Below are positions 27,115-41,153 of a stretch of 64,000 nt of DNA, one piece after another. This stretch comes from Lama guanicoe (lineage: Eukaryota). The position numbers and the translations under genes were made by a program. Under the pieces are notes generated by a model. That model had not been told where the DNA came from. It was given only the letters and a program-made list of their open reading frames with translations, and did not search any database. The DNA lies in assembly GCA_013239625.1 (NCBI GenBank), contig MU053304.1:1364001-1428000 (forward strand). The letters run 5' to 3'. Each line of letters opens with the position of its first letter. The stretch's first letter is position 1.

Positions 27115-29349
27115 AAGAATGCAGGTACTTTTCCCCAGTGACACCTTGGCTTTCTATTTTACTTCACAGCCTGAAGCAAATCTCGGCCTCACTGGGGTCC
27201 TCAATTCACCACGGTTCCCCCGTAGGCCTGGGCCCAGTGCCGTGATGCTTGGCTAAGCCAGCAGCTGATGTCTACTGGGCTGCTGTGTCCGCTCAGCCTC
27301 GGAGCCAGCTTGGAAGAACCAAAAGTGGACGTAGTCAGTCCTCTGGTGAACAAACTCAAATGACTGGGCTTTTGCACATGAACTACATGCTTGGGCTGCC
27401 ATGTGGAAAAACTACAGATGGGCAGAGTAGGGACACGTATCTCTAGGGCAATGACTGTGAAAAAGAACTGTGGTGTTGACTGACCAGTCTGGGCCCCTCA
27501 TGGAAATGTCCAAGTGTCTTTACTGCCGGGGGCTGACGTGATTCTGATCCAGGGGTTATGGCTGATTACTAGGCTTGTGACTTCTGCTAGAAGCTAACTC
27601 ATTTGTCCTACGCTGAGGGAGCCGCATCACAAGGGGCTTTGCCTTTGCCTCCTCCTGGCACACTGACCAGGCCTTAAGCTCCTCCTGGGGCTATGGGTGG
27701 TGCCTCAACATGGTCTACAGTTCAGCCTCTGGCCACACCATTGTGACCCTAGAAACTCATGAGTATCTTGAGCCTGGCTGCCTGGACCACTGCAGTCTGA
27801 CAGTGGTGTGTCCTTTACAGTAAAAGTTCTTCACAGTGAAGTCTGGCTCTTCGTCCCTCACCCCCTCCTGTCCACACACCTCTGTGAAGCTCTTTGGCCA
27901 CTGAAGGCAGCTGTCCCCCAGAAAGGGATTATCTCCCCCCTGGATAATGAGCAGGACAAAAGTGGTGGGGGATTAACAGTGTTTTATAGGCCAATTCTGA
28001 AAATTCAGGATTCTGTTCTGAACATTCCTGGGAATGATGCCTTGTTCTTTCCCCAGCCAGCCTGGAGGGCACAGCCTTGGAGTGCCTAGGGCATTCAGAT
28101 TTAATCCTGGTTGTATTTTATAAACGTGACTTTGTCCCACTTGTATCTGACCCTTCTGAATGAAAGTTCTGAGGAGGAACAAGAAATGATTGGGAAAGAA
28201 AGATGAAGGTACAGCCACTGGAATGGTACACAAAGACTTTGTGGCAGTGAAGGAAGAGGAAAACTCCAGGCATCTGAGGAGGGAATCCCATAAGCTCTAG
28301 AAGATATAGGAGATGAAGGAGCATTAATGATATCTGTCTTTCAGAACCACCCTGAATCCCTTTCTAGAAGGAAAATGCCCTGGTACAGCTATGCCACCAC
28401 AAAGATGTTGTGTCTGCCACTCTGCATCAGATATAAGAAAATGGGCTGGCCCATCAGCATCTGCAGAATCCCTCCAGACATCAACTCCATCGCCATTCTC
28501 AATCATTCTGTGGCGACGGGTAGAGGATGAACACCACCTGGTTGGTGTCATACAGAAAAAGACAGATTGGATGGAGTGTCCTTAGGAAATGTCACCCACT
28601 CCAAATCAAATAATAGAGGCAATGAACAGAACTGAGAACTCTAAGGCTGGCAGTTGGCCAGGGGCCCACCTTGGAGACACTGTCCACCTTCCCCGGCTGA
28701 TATGTGTCCCATTAGGGGACCTCAGCAACTGTAAATGTTTCCCTTCCAGGTGCACCATATGTGCCTTTGGGATTGTACCTCTTGTGTAAAAGATAGGCAT
28801 TCATTTGCCTCTCTCATGCAACCATGGTGAATTCCACCTTAAAGGTGGTCATTAAAGACCTAAGGCACTTATGTTTTATGAAATTTGTTAAATATAGCAG
28901 GAAATAAATTGAATGGATTTGATCCTAGCCCACACTGGTTGGATTAATTAGAGTGGCTGATGAAGTAGTGTCTTCATGGGGAAATTTGCCAGAATCTGAT
29001 GTGTAAGGTGAATTTGTTGGAGGTGGGGAGGATTCTCTGTGGCATTTCTACATCTTTTCAAGGATGTTTGAACAGCAAACAGCTTTGGAAGCTTGAGATA
29101 ATGTAGCCCTCCAAGTCAGAGAGCAAGTTTGTTTCCTGACCAATGTAAAATAGAGAACGCCTCCCTCCTTAGAAATATTCCAAGATGGTAAAATTTGCTT
29201 AAATTCCAGCGAATAAGATAAGGTCTCCCTCATGGAAGGTTTGCACAGGTTTGTTTGTAGCCCCACTCTAAGACTGAGGTATTCCTCAGCTTGGGCACAG
29301 CCTGTGTGTGCCATATTACCCCCTCAGTGGATTTGGGGGGACAAAAAAA

Positions 29350-30200
29350 ACCGATGCACCCATTAGCAATTTCATTTATAGGAATTTATACAAGAGATAT
29401 AAAGGCATGGAGCCACAGAAAGACTTCAACAGCAATGTTCATTGCAGGTTTTTCATATTAGCTAAAAACTGGAAACACTACTGGCATCCATCAATAGGAG
29501 AAAGTATACACAGAATATGGTATATTCATACAACATACACTACTTTGTAACAAAAGGAAACAAACCACTGATACATTCAACAATATGGATAAATCTCAAA
29601 AACATTATGCTGAGTGAAATAAACCTTACACCAAAAGAGAATATGCCTAAAACCATATTTATTTAAAGTTTTGAAGCAATCCAAGTTAAGTTTTCATGAA
29701 AAAATTAAGAATAGTGATTGCCACTAACGAATAAGAGGTAAGGATATACCAGAAAAGGCATAAGGATCTTCTCCAGGGTGATAGTCACATTCTGTATCCT
29801 GATAAGGATTTGGGTTATACAGGAGAATGCATTTATTAGAACTCATCAATGATACACTTAGTTTTTGTCCACTTCATTATAAACTTGATCTCAAAAGAAA
29901 AAAATAAAAGAACTGCAAACAAGTAATGAACTCTAGTTAATGATATATATATATATACACACACACATACATACATACATACATACAGAAGTATTTGGGG
30001 AGAAGGGTACTGATGTCTGCAACTTTAAAATGTTTCAGACTTGAAGATAGGTTAGTGGGTGGATAGAAAAATAGATGAGAAGAAATGTGATAAAGTGAGA
30101 CTAGTACAATGTTAACTGTGAGTCTGTGTGAAAGTAAGTTGTGTTTACTGTAAAATTCTCCCAAGTTTTCTCTAAGTTTAAATTTTCCAGGATTCAATGT
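29350..30200 (+). mobile_element. Old L1M 3' end fragment
   Basis: tggataaatctcaaaaacattatgctgagtgaaa and downstream L1M 3'UTR-like sequence. Confidence 0.7.
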
Positions 30201-31339
30201 TGGGAAAAGAGCTTTTAGAGAGAAAGGACAGATTATTTACCAAGAAATGACAATCACAAGAAAAAAGGAATTTTCATCAGTCACAAACAGATTCCAGATG
30301 ACAATGTAGTAAACACTGTACTGATGAAAAATAAATGTCAACCTAGAATTTTACCTTTGCTAAAAAATTTATCAAAATAAAGACCAAAAATTCAATATCT
30401 TGTAGTAACCTATAATGAAATAGAACATGAAAAGAAATATATGTATGTACATATATGACTGAAACATTATGCTTTACACCAGAAACTGATACAACATTGT
30501 AAACTGACTACACTTCAATAAAAATAAATAAAGACAAATTTGCACATACAACACTTGAAGAGTTTACCACTGAAAGACCACTCACTAAAAGAACCAAAGG
30601 ATTTAATTCAGGTAGACAAAAACCAAATCAAAGAAAAACAATGATGAGTACATAAAATGGTTAAAATTTTTAAATTTAAGTATCAACTGCAAAAATCATA
30701 ACAGTTTCAAAATTTGTGATTAAAAGAAAATTTAAAATAAAATGTTAAACAACAATAGTGAAATGGTATAGATGGATGGTTAATCTGTAGTGAATTCATG
30801 CTAAGATCCTGGTCATCTTTTTGGATCGAGTCATGGTTAAAAAAAATTTAGTCTCTAATTTCCAAACCAGCAGAGAAAAAAAAAATTCTACCTCAATGCA
30901 TTAGAAAGCAGGAAAGAGACACAAAAACACAGAAAAATGAAGGTGAACAGTGATATACGTCCACATATATTATGAATCACCATAAAGTAAACAAATAAAA
31001 CTCTTAAAATCTTAGGATTATCAGAGAAGATTAGAAAAAGATAAGTGTTATTACAAGAAGCATAAAAAAAAAGCTGCTTAATGTAAAGGGAGTAAAAAAC
31101 ATCAAAAAACGTAAAACATAAAAGTTCATGTAACACTATTAGCACCCTGAAAAAAAAGATTTTAAAATCAAAAGCATTAATAGGGATAAAGAGGAACACT
31201 GCACAATAATAAAAGAAAAAATTCACTAAATTATACAGTCATGAATAAAAGTAGTTAAAATAAAACAACAGAATAGTGAGGAATTGGCAAATACACAGTT
31301 ATGCGGGAGAATTTACCACATATAAATACAAACCTGATA

Positions 31340-31540
31340 GGGGAGGGTATAGCTCAAGTGGTAGAGCACATGCCTAGCATGCCTGAGGTCCTGGGTTCAA
31401 TCCCCAGTGCCTCCACTGAAAAATCAAATAAATAAATAAATCTAATTATCTCCCCCCTGCAAAAATAAAAATAAAAATAATAATAATAAAGTAAAATAAA
31501 ATAAGAAAAGCAAAAAGGAAAAACATTAAAACAGAAATTT
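31340..31540 (+). mobile_element. tRNA-derived SINE, Vic-1-like (camelid)
   Basis: Same head as the 11112 copy, long A-rich tail, TSD aaatacaaacctgata at 31324-31339 and 31541-31556. Confidence 0.9.
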
Positions 31541-31658
31541 AAATACAAACCTGATAAAACAAGTATAGCCTAATTTAGAAAACTTCAACAACAAAGTTGT
31601 GCTTGATAAATTATATATATATGGGGAGAAGCCAGATCTCAACAAATAGTTCAATGCA

Positions 31659-31708
31659 CACCATTTTTAAGTGGCACCATTTTTAAGTGGCACCATTTTT
31701 AAGTGGCA
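31659..31708. repeat. 16-bp tandem repeat x3
   Basis: (caccatttttaagtgg)3. Confidence 0.9.
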
Positions 31709-32159
31709 TAGGACAAATATTGACCACAAATTATGATGCAAAGAAATTTACAACAAATTTTAAAGAATTGATGAGGTCAGTTCTTCATATTGTGTTCCAG
31801 ATATCCATCTTCCATTTCTAATTAACTAACAGAATATCTGCACTGTTGGAGATGTCAATGTGTCCAGACAAAATACCATGGTCTATATAACGTCCTTTAC
31901 AGCTAGCATGGCCACCAGTTTAAGATCTGATCAGTAAGATGAGAGCAGAATATTGTTGTGGAAGGAGGAGGACCTTTGGAAAGATTCCCACAAAAAGGGA
32001 AGACCTCTGGGGAAGATATCTTTTGCTCTTCATTTCTTCCTCCTGGTGGCCTAGATCATGGACATATGGCTGGAGCTCAGTAGGCACTTTGGAAAATGAC
32101 ATGATCTTCAGAGTGGCTGAACTGAAAGATAGAAGATGCTTCAAAGTGCTGAGCCTTGA

Positions 32160-33095
32160 ATAGCCAAAACAATTTTGAAAAAGACAAACAAAATTGGAAG
32201 TCTTACACTACCTGATTCCAGAACTTATTATAAAGCTATAGTAACCGAGATATGTAGTACTGGCAAAAAAAAACTGACATACAGATAAATAGAATAGAAA
32301 AGGGAGCCCAGAAATACACCTAAAAACATACGAGCAACTGACTTTCAACAAGATGTGAAGGTAATTAATTCAATGCACAAATATACTGAAACAACTGGAT
32401 ATCCATATGCAAAAAAAGAAAGAAAAAGAATCAATCCTTCCCTCACACCATATGTAAAATTCAAACTGGATCACAGATCTAAATATAAAAGCTAAGACAA
32501 TAAAACTACTTGAAGAAAATATAGGCTCTTAAAAATTTCTTAGGTAGGACTGAAAAATCACAGATTATGAAAGAAAAAACTGACTTAAAATTTTTTTAAT
32601 ATTGCTTTTTGACACTGCCAGGAAAGAGAAAAGGGAAGCCACAGACTGTATGACATGTAACTAATAAAGAAATTGTATCCAGAATATATAAATCAATTTT
32701 GCAACAAAAAAATAGAAAACCTAATTAAATAAGAGCAAAAGATTTGAATAGACACTTCACCAAGTGAGATCTATGGACAGCAAATAAGTACAAGAAAAAA
32801 TGCTCAGTAGCTTTATCATTAGGGAAATGCAAATCAAAACCACAATGAGATGTCTCCTGACACCTGTTAGAATGGCTACCATCAAAAAGAACACAAATAA
32901 CAAATGTTGGCCAGGATGCTGAGAAAAGGGAACTCTGTACACTGTTGGTAAGAATGTAAGCTGGTACAACCACTGTGGAAAGCAGTATGGGGGTTTCTCA
33001 AAAAACTAAAGCTAGAACTACCATATGACCCAGGATTTCCACTCCAGGGTATATATCTGAAGAAAACAAAAACACTAATCCAAAAAGACACATTA
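32160..33095 (+). mobile_element. LINE-1 ORF2 3' fragments
   Basis: tagccaaaacaattttgaaaaag...gggaaatgcaaatcaaaaccacaatgaga...ctaccatatgacccagga. Confidence 0.85.
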
Positions 33096-33756
33096 TATAT
33101 ATATATATATTATATATATATAATTTTCATAACATAAACATAAAATTTTCAAATTTCTCTAGGACAAAATATGCTTTAAACAAACCTGAAAGAATGACAT
33201 CAAATGAGACAAAATATTAACATATATAGAAAAAATTTAATATATATTAACATTCCTATGCTTATTTAGCATGGTTAAAAACAGATAGCAGTACTGACAA
33301 GGCATACACAACAGATGTTTTTAGAAGAAAAACAAATAACCAATAACAAATGAAAAATGTTCAACTACAATAAAAATGAAAGCAATTCAGATTAAAACAG
33401 AATGAAATAAAACTTTTGCCAGTCAAGTTGACAAAATGTTAAATGTTTATACATAACACTTACAATGCATAATATACTTGTGCATAATATACTGATTTAA
33501 GGTAAGAGAAATTTAACAGTATGAATAGATTTATTTAGATTTGTGATATAATGTGTTAATATATGACATAAATGTGTTAATACATGCATAGAAAAAATCT
33601 GGAAAGATATACATTGAAATGTAGAAAAGCTATCTATTTTAAAGTTAAAAGAACAAAAACTAATGTGAGCATTTTGAAATTTTAAAAGATGTAATCTAAC
33701 CATAAAAAAAGTGAAATACTTGACGGTTTTTTGTTTTTTTGGAGGGTCTTATGAAA

Positions 33757-35530
33757 GTATTAGTTGTATATTGCTACTATTATAAATGATCATAAACTTA
33801 ATAGCCTAAAACAACACAAATGTGTTATCTTACAGTTTTGAAGGTCAGGAATCTGACACAAGTGTCACTAAGCTAGAATACATTCGTGTCCACAAGGCTT
33901 TGTTCCTTTCTAGAAGCTATAGGGGATAATTCATTCTTTACCATTCATTTCCAGTTTCTGAAGTCTGCCCACTTTTCTTGGCTTATTGCTCCCTGCCTTC
34001 ATCTTCAAAGCCAATCACATTGCATCTCTCTGCTCATTATTCTACAGTCACATATCTCTCTCAACAGCAGAAAAGGTTTTCTGTCTAATTTGATTGGGCA
34101 TCCAGATAATCTAGAACAATCTCCCCATCTCAAAATCCTTAACTTAATCACACCCTCTTTTGCCACTTAAAGTAACAGATTACAAGTTCCCAGGACCAGA
34201 AAAGGATGTCTCTGTTTCTGCTTGTATAAACTTCTCAAGAACCTTATAGATTTCCTATGCATGTCACGGGGATCCCTTCCATTAGACAAGAGGCTTCTCC
34301 ACAGACCTTTCCTGAATAATAACATATCTATTTTTTTTTACCTCTTCTGAAATGGCTGAGGGTATCTAAAAGTGTTACAAACTTAATCTCTTCAAAGAAC
34401 CTTCTATATGACTAAGTACTCTGATCTTTCACTACTTCTGCAAAAAGTTATACAGCCATACTTTTGGTTGTCACTGCACAGCACATTTTCCTGCAGAGCA
34501 CAATTTCCTAATTTTAGCATCTTTTGCAACCTGAATAGGCTAAGAATTATCCATATTATCAAGTCCTGATTCCTTTCGTTTAGCAGTTCTTCCTTCAGCT
34601 TACCTCTTTCCTATCACATTTCACTCTAAGCAGCAACATGAAGCCACCTGCACTTTTATCAAAATGCCTAGAAATCTCCTTAGCTATATACCCAGAAGGT
34701 TCTGCTTTCCACATAACTACAGTACAGAATAGAGAAATCTTACAAGGATCCCCTTTTCCTCTAGTTTCCAAAAATATCTCTTCTTTTCTTCAGAGTTCTC
34801 ACCAGTGACACCTTCAACCTCCATATTTCTACTAACAGTCTTTTCATGATGATTTATGTATATTCTCTAAGACAATATATGCTTTCACTTCCAAGTCCTC
34901 ACTGGCAGTCTTTAGCACCGTATTTCTGCCAACAAACTGCTTAAGGCAATCTAGATATTTCCTATCATTTCTCATTGTCCAATTTCCATCAGCCCATTTC
35001 CCAATTCCAAAGCCACTTCCCTTTTTTGAGGAATGTGTTATGGTTGCACCCCACCTCCAATAACCAAAATCTGTATGACTCTTCTATTGCTGCCATAACA
35101 AATGACCACAAGTTTAGTGGCTTAAAACAATTTATTATTTTACAGTTATGTTGGTTAGAAGTCTGACTGGGGTCTCTCTGGGCTAAAATCAAGATTTCAG
35201 TAGGCCTTCCTCATTTCTTTCTGGAGGTTTCTATTTCCTTAACCTTTCCAGCTTCTAGAGGTCACCCATATTCCTTGTTCCTTCCCTGCATCTTCAAAGC
35301 CAGCAACACTGCATCTCTCTGTGACTATCTTCTATAGTCATTTCTCCCTGTCTTCACAGCCAGGAACAGTTCTTCAATTTTTAAGGCCCTTTTGACTATA
35401 GTAGATACAGCCAGAATCCAGGGTAATCTCCCCTTCCATGGTCCTTATCTTAATTATACCTGTAAAATCTCTTTTGCCATGTAAGATAACAGATTACAGG
35501 TTCCAGAGATTAAGATACATACATCTTTGA
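33757..35530 (-). mobile_element. MaLR (MLT1-type) element: two LTRs (about 33757-34210 and 35070-35530) with internal remnant
   Basis: Both LTRs share tcttcaaagcca...tgcatctctctg...cagattaca(a/g)gttcc and the cttaaaacaa...ttacagtt motif typical of MLT1 read antisense. Confidence 0.75.
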
Positions 35531-35643
35531 GAAACTGTCACATTATTAACACTTACTATTATAAATAATAATAGTAATGAAATTCCAGCATTGAAAAACT
35601 CATTTTTTACATCAAAAGCAAGTAAAATTTTATGTACGCTTAC

Positions 35644-35697
35644 TTCTTTTCCTCTTGGGTTTTTTCAAAGTGGAGCTGCTTCCAAGATCCACAGTGT
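35644..35697 (-). CDS. SP140: SP140 exon, start of basic/NLS region (54 nt)
   Basis: ttttttccag|AC ACT GTG GAT...AAA AGA A|gtaagc; DTVDLGSSSTLKKPKRKR. Confidence 0.92.
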
Positions 35698-36523
35698 CTG
35701 GAAAAAACAGGTGGTGAGGAAACAAAAATGAATAAACAAAAGTTACAAATCTTAAGAGAAATCATACTGAAGAAGGCTTGAATTTATAAAGATAATTGGA
35801 TTATCATTTTTCTCTTCTTTCTAAAGGAACTAAACCTGCTGAATTGAGAAGTAGGAGCCCAGGATGGGCCCTGGGTCTTCCTTTATTTCTCAATGGGACT
35901 TTGAAAAACACTCTTAAATACCAATGTACTTCAGTTTACTCAGGGATATTTGTCTGGTTGTTAAGAGTTTTGTTAGGACTAAATAAGATCTTATATGCAA
36001 AAGTTTATAGGAAATCATTACATAAACCTGTGACATGCTGAAGGACACTTATCAAAAATATGTGCTGGGTTAAGAATAGTTGATCTGAAGTCTTGCCTTG
36101 TGACAATTAAGTGGCAGAGCTAGTTATCTTTTGAGTCCTTTCTGAAGTTGTGACAAAATGACACTATTATCTACTAGTGGACATACACTTTACTTTCTTG
36201 GGTCCCACAGAAGGTTGGGTGTGACAGGGATGGAAATCACTGTAAATCACAAGGCTTTATTATTAATATACTGGTTAATAAACAATATACTGCCATCTTT
36301 ATGAGTGTATTTCTACTATATCATCCACATATAATCAACATGGCCCACCTTGTTAAACACAATTTTATAATGATCTCTTGCTTCTCTGCTATCCCCCCAA
36401 AGGATCAGGTCGAGCAAATGCAGAGAATAGGATACTGGGATGGACTGGACCACATGCACCACCCCACCTGGGTCTGTGTTACCCATGGAGCCACCCTCTT
36501 CCAGGACCCTCGGACAGCCTTAC

Positions 36524-36640
36524 CCATCATGTCATCAGCTTGGTTGTTTTTGGTCCTTGCTTCTGCACCTCCTGGCACATCTTCTGAGAAGCACATAACA
36601 CAGGAACACTTCTCCTGTCCATCTTTTGATAGCTCTGCTC
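36524..36640 (-). CDS. SP140: SP140 exon with KCSCVMC motif (117 nt)
   Basis: ttttgtcccag|GA GCA GAG...ATG ATG G|gtaagg; GAELSKDGQEKCSCVMCFSEDVPGGAEARTKNNQADDMM. Confidence 0.92.
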
Positions 36641-36841
36641 CTGGGACAAAACTGACTTATGAAGACTTCTCATTTCCCCAGTGATCCCCTTTTCTGAACC
36701 CTCATTGATCCCCTTTTTTATTTCTTCCTCTGAAATCTCCCATTGATCCTCTCTACATCTGATTCTTCTTCTAAGTCTCCCTTTTTCCTTCTCTTGTCTT
36801 TTTCTCTTTATCAGAACTTTTTTTTTTTAATTCATAATTAC

Positions 36842-36925
36842 CTTGTCCGTCACAGGATAGTGGGTTAGAAGTAGGCTCTTCTAACTCTTCTGTATGTGTT
36901 TGGAGAGCTTCCAGTTCACCAGATA
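36842..36925 (-). CDS. SP140: SP140 disordered-region exon (84 nt)
   Basis: tttctttttag|TA TCT GGT GAA CTG...GGA CAA G|gtaatt; VSGELEALQTHTEELEEPTSNPLSCDGQ. Confidence 0.85.
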
Positions 36926-39074
36926 CTAAAAAGAAACGAGAAAATTACTGTCCACAGATCCTGAGACAGTGATTAGGGAAGAGTTCCTGGTTCACTGATG
37001 TTCTGAGCTAAGATGAACTGCTTTCTGGGGAAGAGTATATCTGTTCCAATAATCACACCTGAGATCTGACAGAGTCATGTTTTCCCATCTTTTTTACCTC
37101 ATTTTGCTTTTTCTACTTTGAGCCCTATGAATAAATAAAAAGATCTTATCTTTCCAGGAAAAAACTAACTGTCCTTTAAAAACTGTGGAAAGTAATTACC
37201 AGAAGTAATTTTAAACTCATCCCAACTGGCAATGACTGCTTACATCACTAACTACATTTAAAGCTAGCTAATCCGTGACAGCCTTACAGTCAGTCAGCAA
37301 GACACATCCCACAAAGCCTGTGTCTTGCTAACTTATTCATAAACACTCCTGTTTCTGAAAGTCTGCAGTCCTTGAACTACATGTTTCCTGAAATGCAAAA
37401 TAAAATCAACAGTTTTCTGGTTTTTGCCCCATAAATACAGTACCTCCTCCCACCATATGCCTTGCTAGGCAAGCAATAAGTCCAGCTTTTAGCTTCAGAA
37501 ATTGCATGGTGGCCCCTTCCTTCGAAAATGGAGTTCCTAGCAAGATCATCTTAAAGACTCTTACTTAGATGTGCCCTAGTGGACACTTGGACCGACAGGT
37601 GTAAATCAGCAGCCTCTTGTGCACAAATCAGATTGTCCATCTGATCAAATGCCAAGTGAATCTGTCTCAGGAACAACTATAGCTCTGACTTATTTCATTG
37701 GGGTCTTGTTTTTGAATTTATTTTATTATTTAAAGATGTGTGTGCAATCAGATACAAAGTAATTTGGCATTTTGGTTTGGAGGTACAGCTTTTTAGCAAA
37801 TATTCTGTTAATGTGCTTATTCTTCCACTACTTCATTTACTTTCACTTTTATATTGTCTATTTTTTAAAAGTCTTGTCTCATGTGTGTTTGTTCCTGATT
37901 TTCCTGTGCTTCTTGTTTATTAGAAGATAGTGATCCAAAGCAAGCAGATGGAAGCATAGACCTGATAAATCCCCAATCCAAGCCAGCCCCAGACTAATTA
38001 ATGGATGTGGGTCCATTAGACAATAGCCAGTTAGTGCAAACATATTTGGTCACATTTTGTCTTGGGTCCCTTACCAAAACCTTCACAAAGACACTTGACA
38101 TCTTAGCTTCTGAAAGAAAATCATTTTGTTTAGTACATAATCTGAGTTCAACTATTACCATATAATTGATCATATGTCTTCTTTTTAGCCTCTGCTTGGT
38201 AGATGAGTGAAATACTCCACCACGTGCAAGACACCATTCATACTCATGGCTGGATGTGGTGGCCTCCTTGCTGTTTGTCGTGGGCTTGTCTTCGCCAAAG
38301 TCACAAACGCCCACTTGCACTTCCTCTCTGTGCTCCCAGTATGATTCTAACTCTTGTACTTAATAAATAGCAAATTTTCATAAGAGATATCTTTGGGTTT
38401 CAGTGGGGAACTTTTGACATATCAAAAGTAAATAACACTTTTGATAGTATTTCTTTGAAAGGAGAGGGAAAAAATGATCGAGTTGTTCCATGGCCCAACC
38501 AGTAACTGCTACTTTCAGACCATTATCTAACACTCTTTTCTCTCCTTTAAGAAACTCCTATAAATTTAATAGGTAGGGGTCTATCCTGCAAATAAAACTA
38601 CCATATTAAGTGTATTAAGAAGGGCTAATTCTAGAATTCCTGATCAATTGATTCTATACATTGATCATACATATGATCAATTTATAGCTGATCTGAACAT
38701 TGGTATACCTACGCTATGCATATTCAAAATCTGCATGCAATAAACAAAATAAGTATACTTTATTTTCTAGTAGTGCCTAACGCAATTAGTTATAATCTCT
38801 TCTAAAGCCAAGTTCTTTTCTTTAATACATTTATGCTCAGCTCTCTTTGATGTCCCAGTTTTTTTGACAGCCTATATTATTTGCTTGGAAAAATCAATGG
38901 CTCACCTAGACAGTTATTTTCTGATGACTTACTTAAGCCCCATTGTAGTAGGCAGAATTCTAAAATGACCCCCAAGATTTCCTCCCTAACCCGAGGGACT
39001 CTGAATATCATAAGATATTATCTCCATTTTCAGGTTATGTTATATGGCAGAGTTGATGTTTAGGAAAAGGAGAT

Positions 39075-39380
39075 TGTCAACACAAGAGATAACAAATGCT
39101 GCTAAGAATGTGGAGAAAAAGGAACCCTTGAGCATTGTTGGAGGGAATGTAAATTGGTGCAGCCACTATGGAAAACAGCATGAAGGTTCCTCAAAAAACT
39201 AAAAATAGAACTACCATATAATCCAGCAATTTCATTCATGGATATATAATCTGAAAGAAACAAAATCACTATGTTGAGAGATAGCTGCACCCTCGCGTTC
39301 ACTGCAGCATTATGTATAATAGCCAAAGGCAGGGAAATAACCTAAATGTCCATCAACAGATGGACAGATAAAGAGTGGTC
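39075..39380 (+). mobile_element. LINE-1 ORF2 C-terminal fragment
   Basis: gataacaaatgctgctaagaatgtggagaaaaaggaaccc...ctaccatataatccagcaat. Confidence 0.82.
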
Positions 39381-39868
39381 TATGCGGTCTACAATACTCT
39401 TACTCATTGAAGGAGAATCCTAGGATTTTGGTTCTAATATCCATTTCTAGAAAAAATATTTTGGATACTTCCTTACTAAATCCTGACACAATATTGTTTG
39501 ATCATAAGTATTATCTCTAAAATAAAAATAAAGTACAATGAAACAAAAACAAGACAAAATAAAGTAAAACACCAGGCTGGTTATGTAATGACTGTTCCAG
39601 GCTCCCTTGTAGACTCCATCCCCTACAGAAAACAAACTTGTCTCAAGTGCCTGAACTTAGGGCCTTCTCTAGGACATGTCAAATTGCTAAAACCCAAATT
39701 CGGTTTTAGTGTTCATAATTTTTGGATGCTATGGAAGCAAACAGATTTCTTCCATATGGGTATGTGAAGGGGAGCAGGGAAGAACGGGAGAAGAAAGGGA
39801 GATTTCCCTCCCTGTAGACAGAAAAACAAAGATTCAATTAGGTAAATGGGAATTGAAGCTACATTTAC

Positions 39869-39931
39869 CTTTTCCATCACATAGTGATTGACTGGGCACC
39901 TCCTCTGGTTCTTCATTGGTCATTTGGGGAG
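39869..39931 (-). CDS. SP140: SP140 disordered-region exon (63 nt)
   Basis: tttctcttcctgcag|CT CCC CAA ATG...GGA AAA G|gtaaat; APQMTNEEPEEVPSQSLCDGK. Confidence 0.8.
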
Positions 39932-41075
39932 CTGCAGGAAGAGAAACAAGGAAATGAGCTGAACCAGGATGCTCAGAGCACAGGTGAGGTGCACTTTGAG
40001 AAAACAGACATCGGTTCCAAGGACCACACCTGAGATCCAACTGAGCCCTGTTCTGCCTCTGTTTCCACCTCATTTGCCTCGTTTTTCTGGGCTCTGCTCC
40101 TCAGTTTCCTATCTGTGGACTTGCCTCTAAACAATTCTGCTTCTGCACTAGGGGAATAATTGTGCACCTTTGATTTTATGGGCTCTGTTCCCCCTGATGT
40201 CTCCTATCTCTATTTTTTTGGTCCGTGATGATCTCTCCTTTTCTGCTTATTCTCTCCAGCTCTGTTCTTCTACATCTCTCCAATCCCTTTAGCAGGATCC
40301 ATTCCTTCCCTCAGTCTCTCTTGATCTCTTCCCTACCCTACTGACACTCTCTATTTGAGAAGTGAAAGTCTCTGCTTCAGGCTCTGTTCTGTTGCCCTGG
40401 GGGCTTGCAGGTCTCCCTTTGGACTCCCACCACGTGACCATACTGAGCCCCCACTAGCCTCACCCAACCACCGCCTGCAATGAGATACTCATATGACACA
40501 GGTCTCTGTCCTTCCTCCTATTTTGATCTCAGGGAAAAGCAAGTATCTTTCTTCTGTGCTTCCATTTACCCATCCTGAAGGAGGGATAATAGCTGTTTCC
40601 CTAAGTCCTAAAGTTTTGTGAGGACATCTCATGGGGCAAGGTACTTTGATAAAAATAAAGTCCTATATAATCCAATGACCTGATGAAGAATGCATGGCCA
40701 ACACTGTGATTCAGGCTTTAGAGTCACTGATCTTTCTTTCTGACAAGTAGATCTCAAGGACCATGTTTCTTTTGAAGCCTGTCCAAAATTATGACAATTA
40801 TTATCATTAAACACTAGATAAATACCTATATTTTACTTTTTATAGAAAACAAGGGATGGACAAGGGTTAAAATCACAATATTGAGTCTTTAATATTAGTG
40901 AACATAAAACATAAAGAGTGTGAAGGGGGAAAAAAAAGCCTGTCTTTCTTTAGTTCTGATCTACCAAAACATGAAGAGGTAGCACATCCGTTCTAACAAG
41001 GGTCATGCTGCTCAGCTCTAAATTCAGATACCTGATACCCTGCAGCCCAGGGCTGGCAATCCTGCCCTTCCTTAC

Positions 41076-41153
41076 CTGGCCCACATCTTGGTAGGGAGCT
41101 CGAGGCTTCCTGGGGCTCTTCACCACAGGTCTCCCAACAGGCATTGCTGATCT
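41076..41153 (-). CDS. SP140: SP140 disordered-region exon (78 nt)
   Basis: ccctttctgcag|AG ATC AGC AAT GCC...GGG CCA G|gtaagg; EISNACWETCGEEPQEASSSLPRCGP. Confidence 0.85.

Noticed and set aside
27130..28870. Possible retroviral internal sequence or processed pseudogene
   Set aside because: Its composition differs from the flanks, but I found no recognisable protein motif or termini; it needs a Dfam/BLASTx search.
31659..31708. CRISPR-like repeat array
   Set aside because: Head-to-tail repeats with no spacers in a mammalian intron; the same applies to 6603, 16292 and 61780.
37165..37530. Possible solo ERV LTR (also about 51640-51875)
   Set aside because: LTR-like texture only; termini, TSD and family could not be established by eye.
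38243..38360. Possible extra SP140 exon (open frames ending before gtatga)
   Set aside because: No convincing polypyrimidine acceptor in the frame that fits phase 1-1, and no homology I could recognise.
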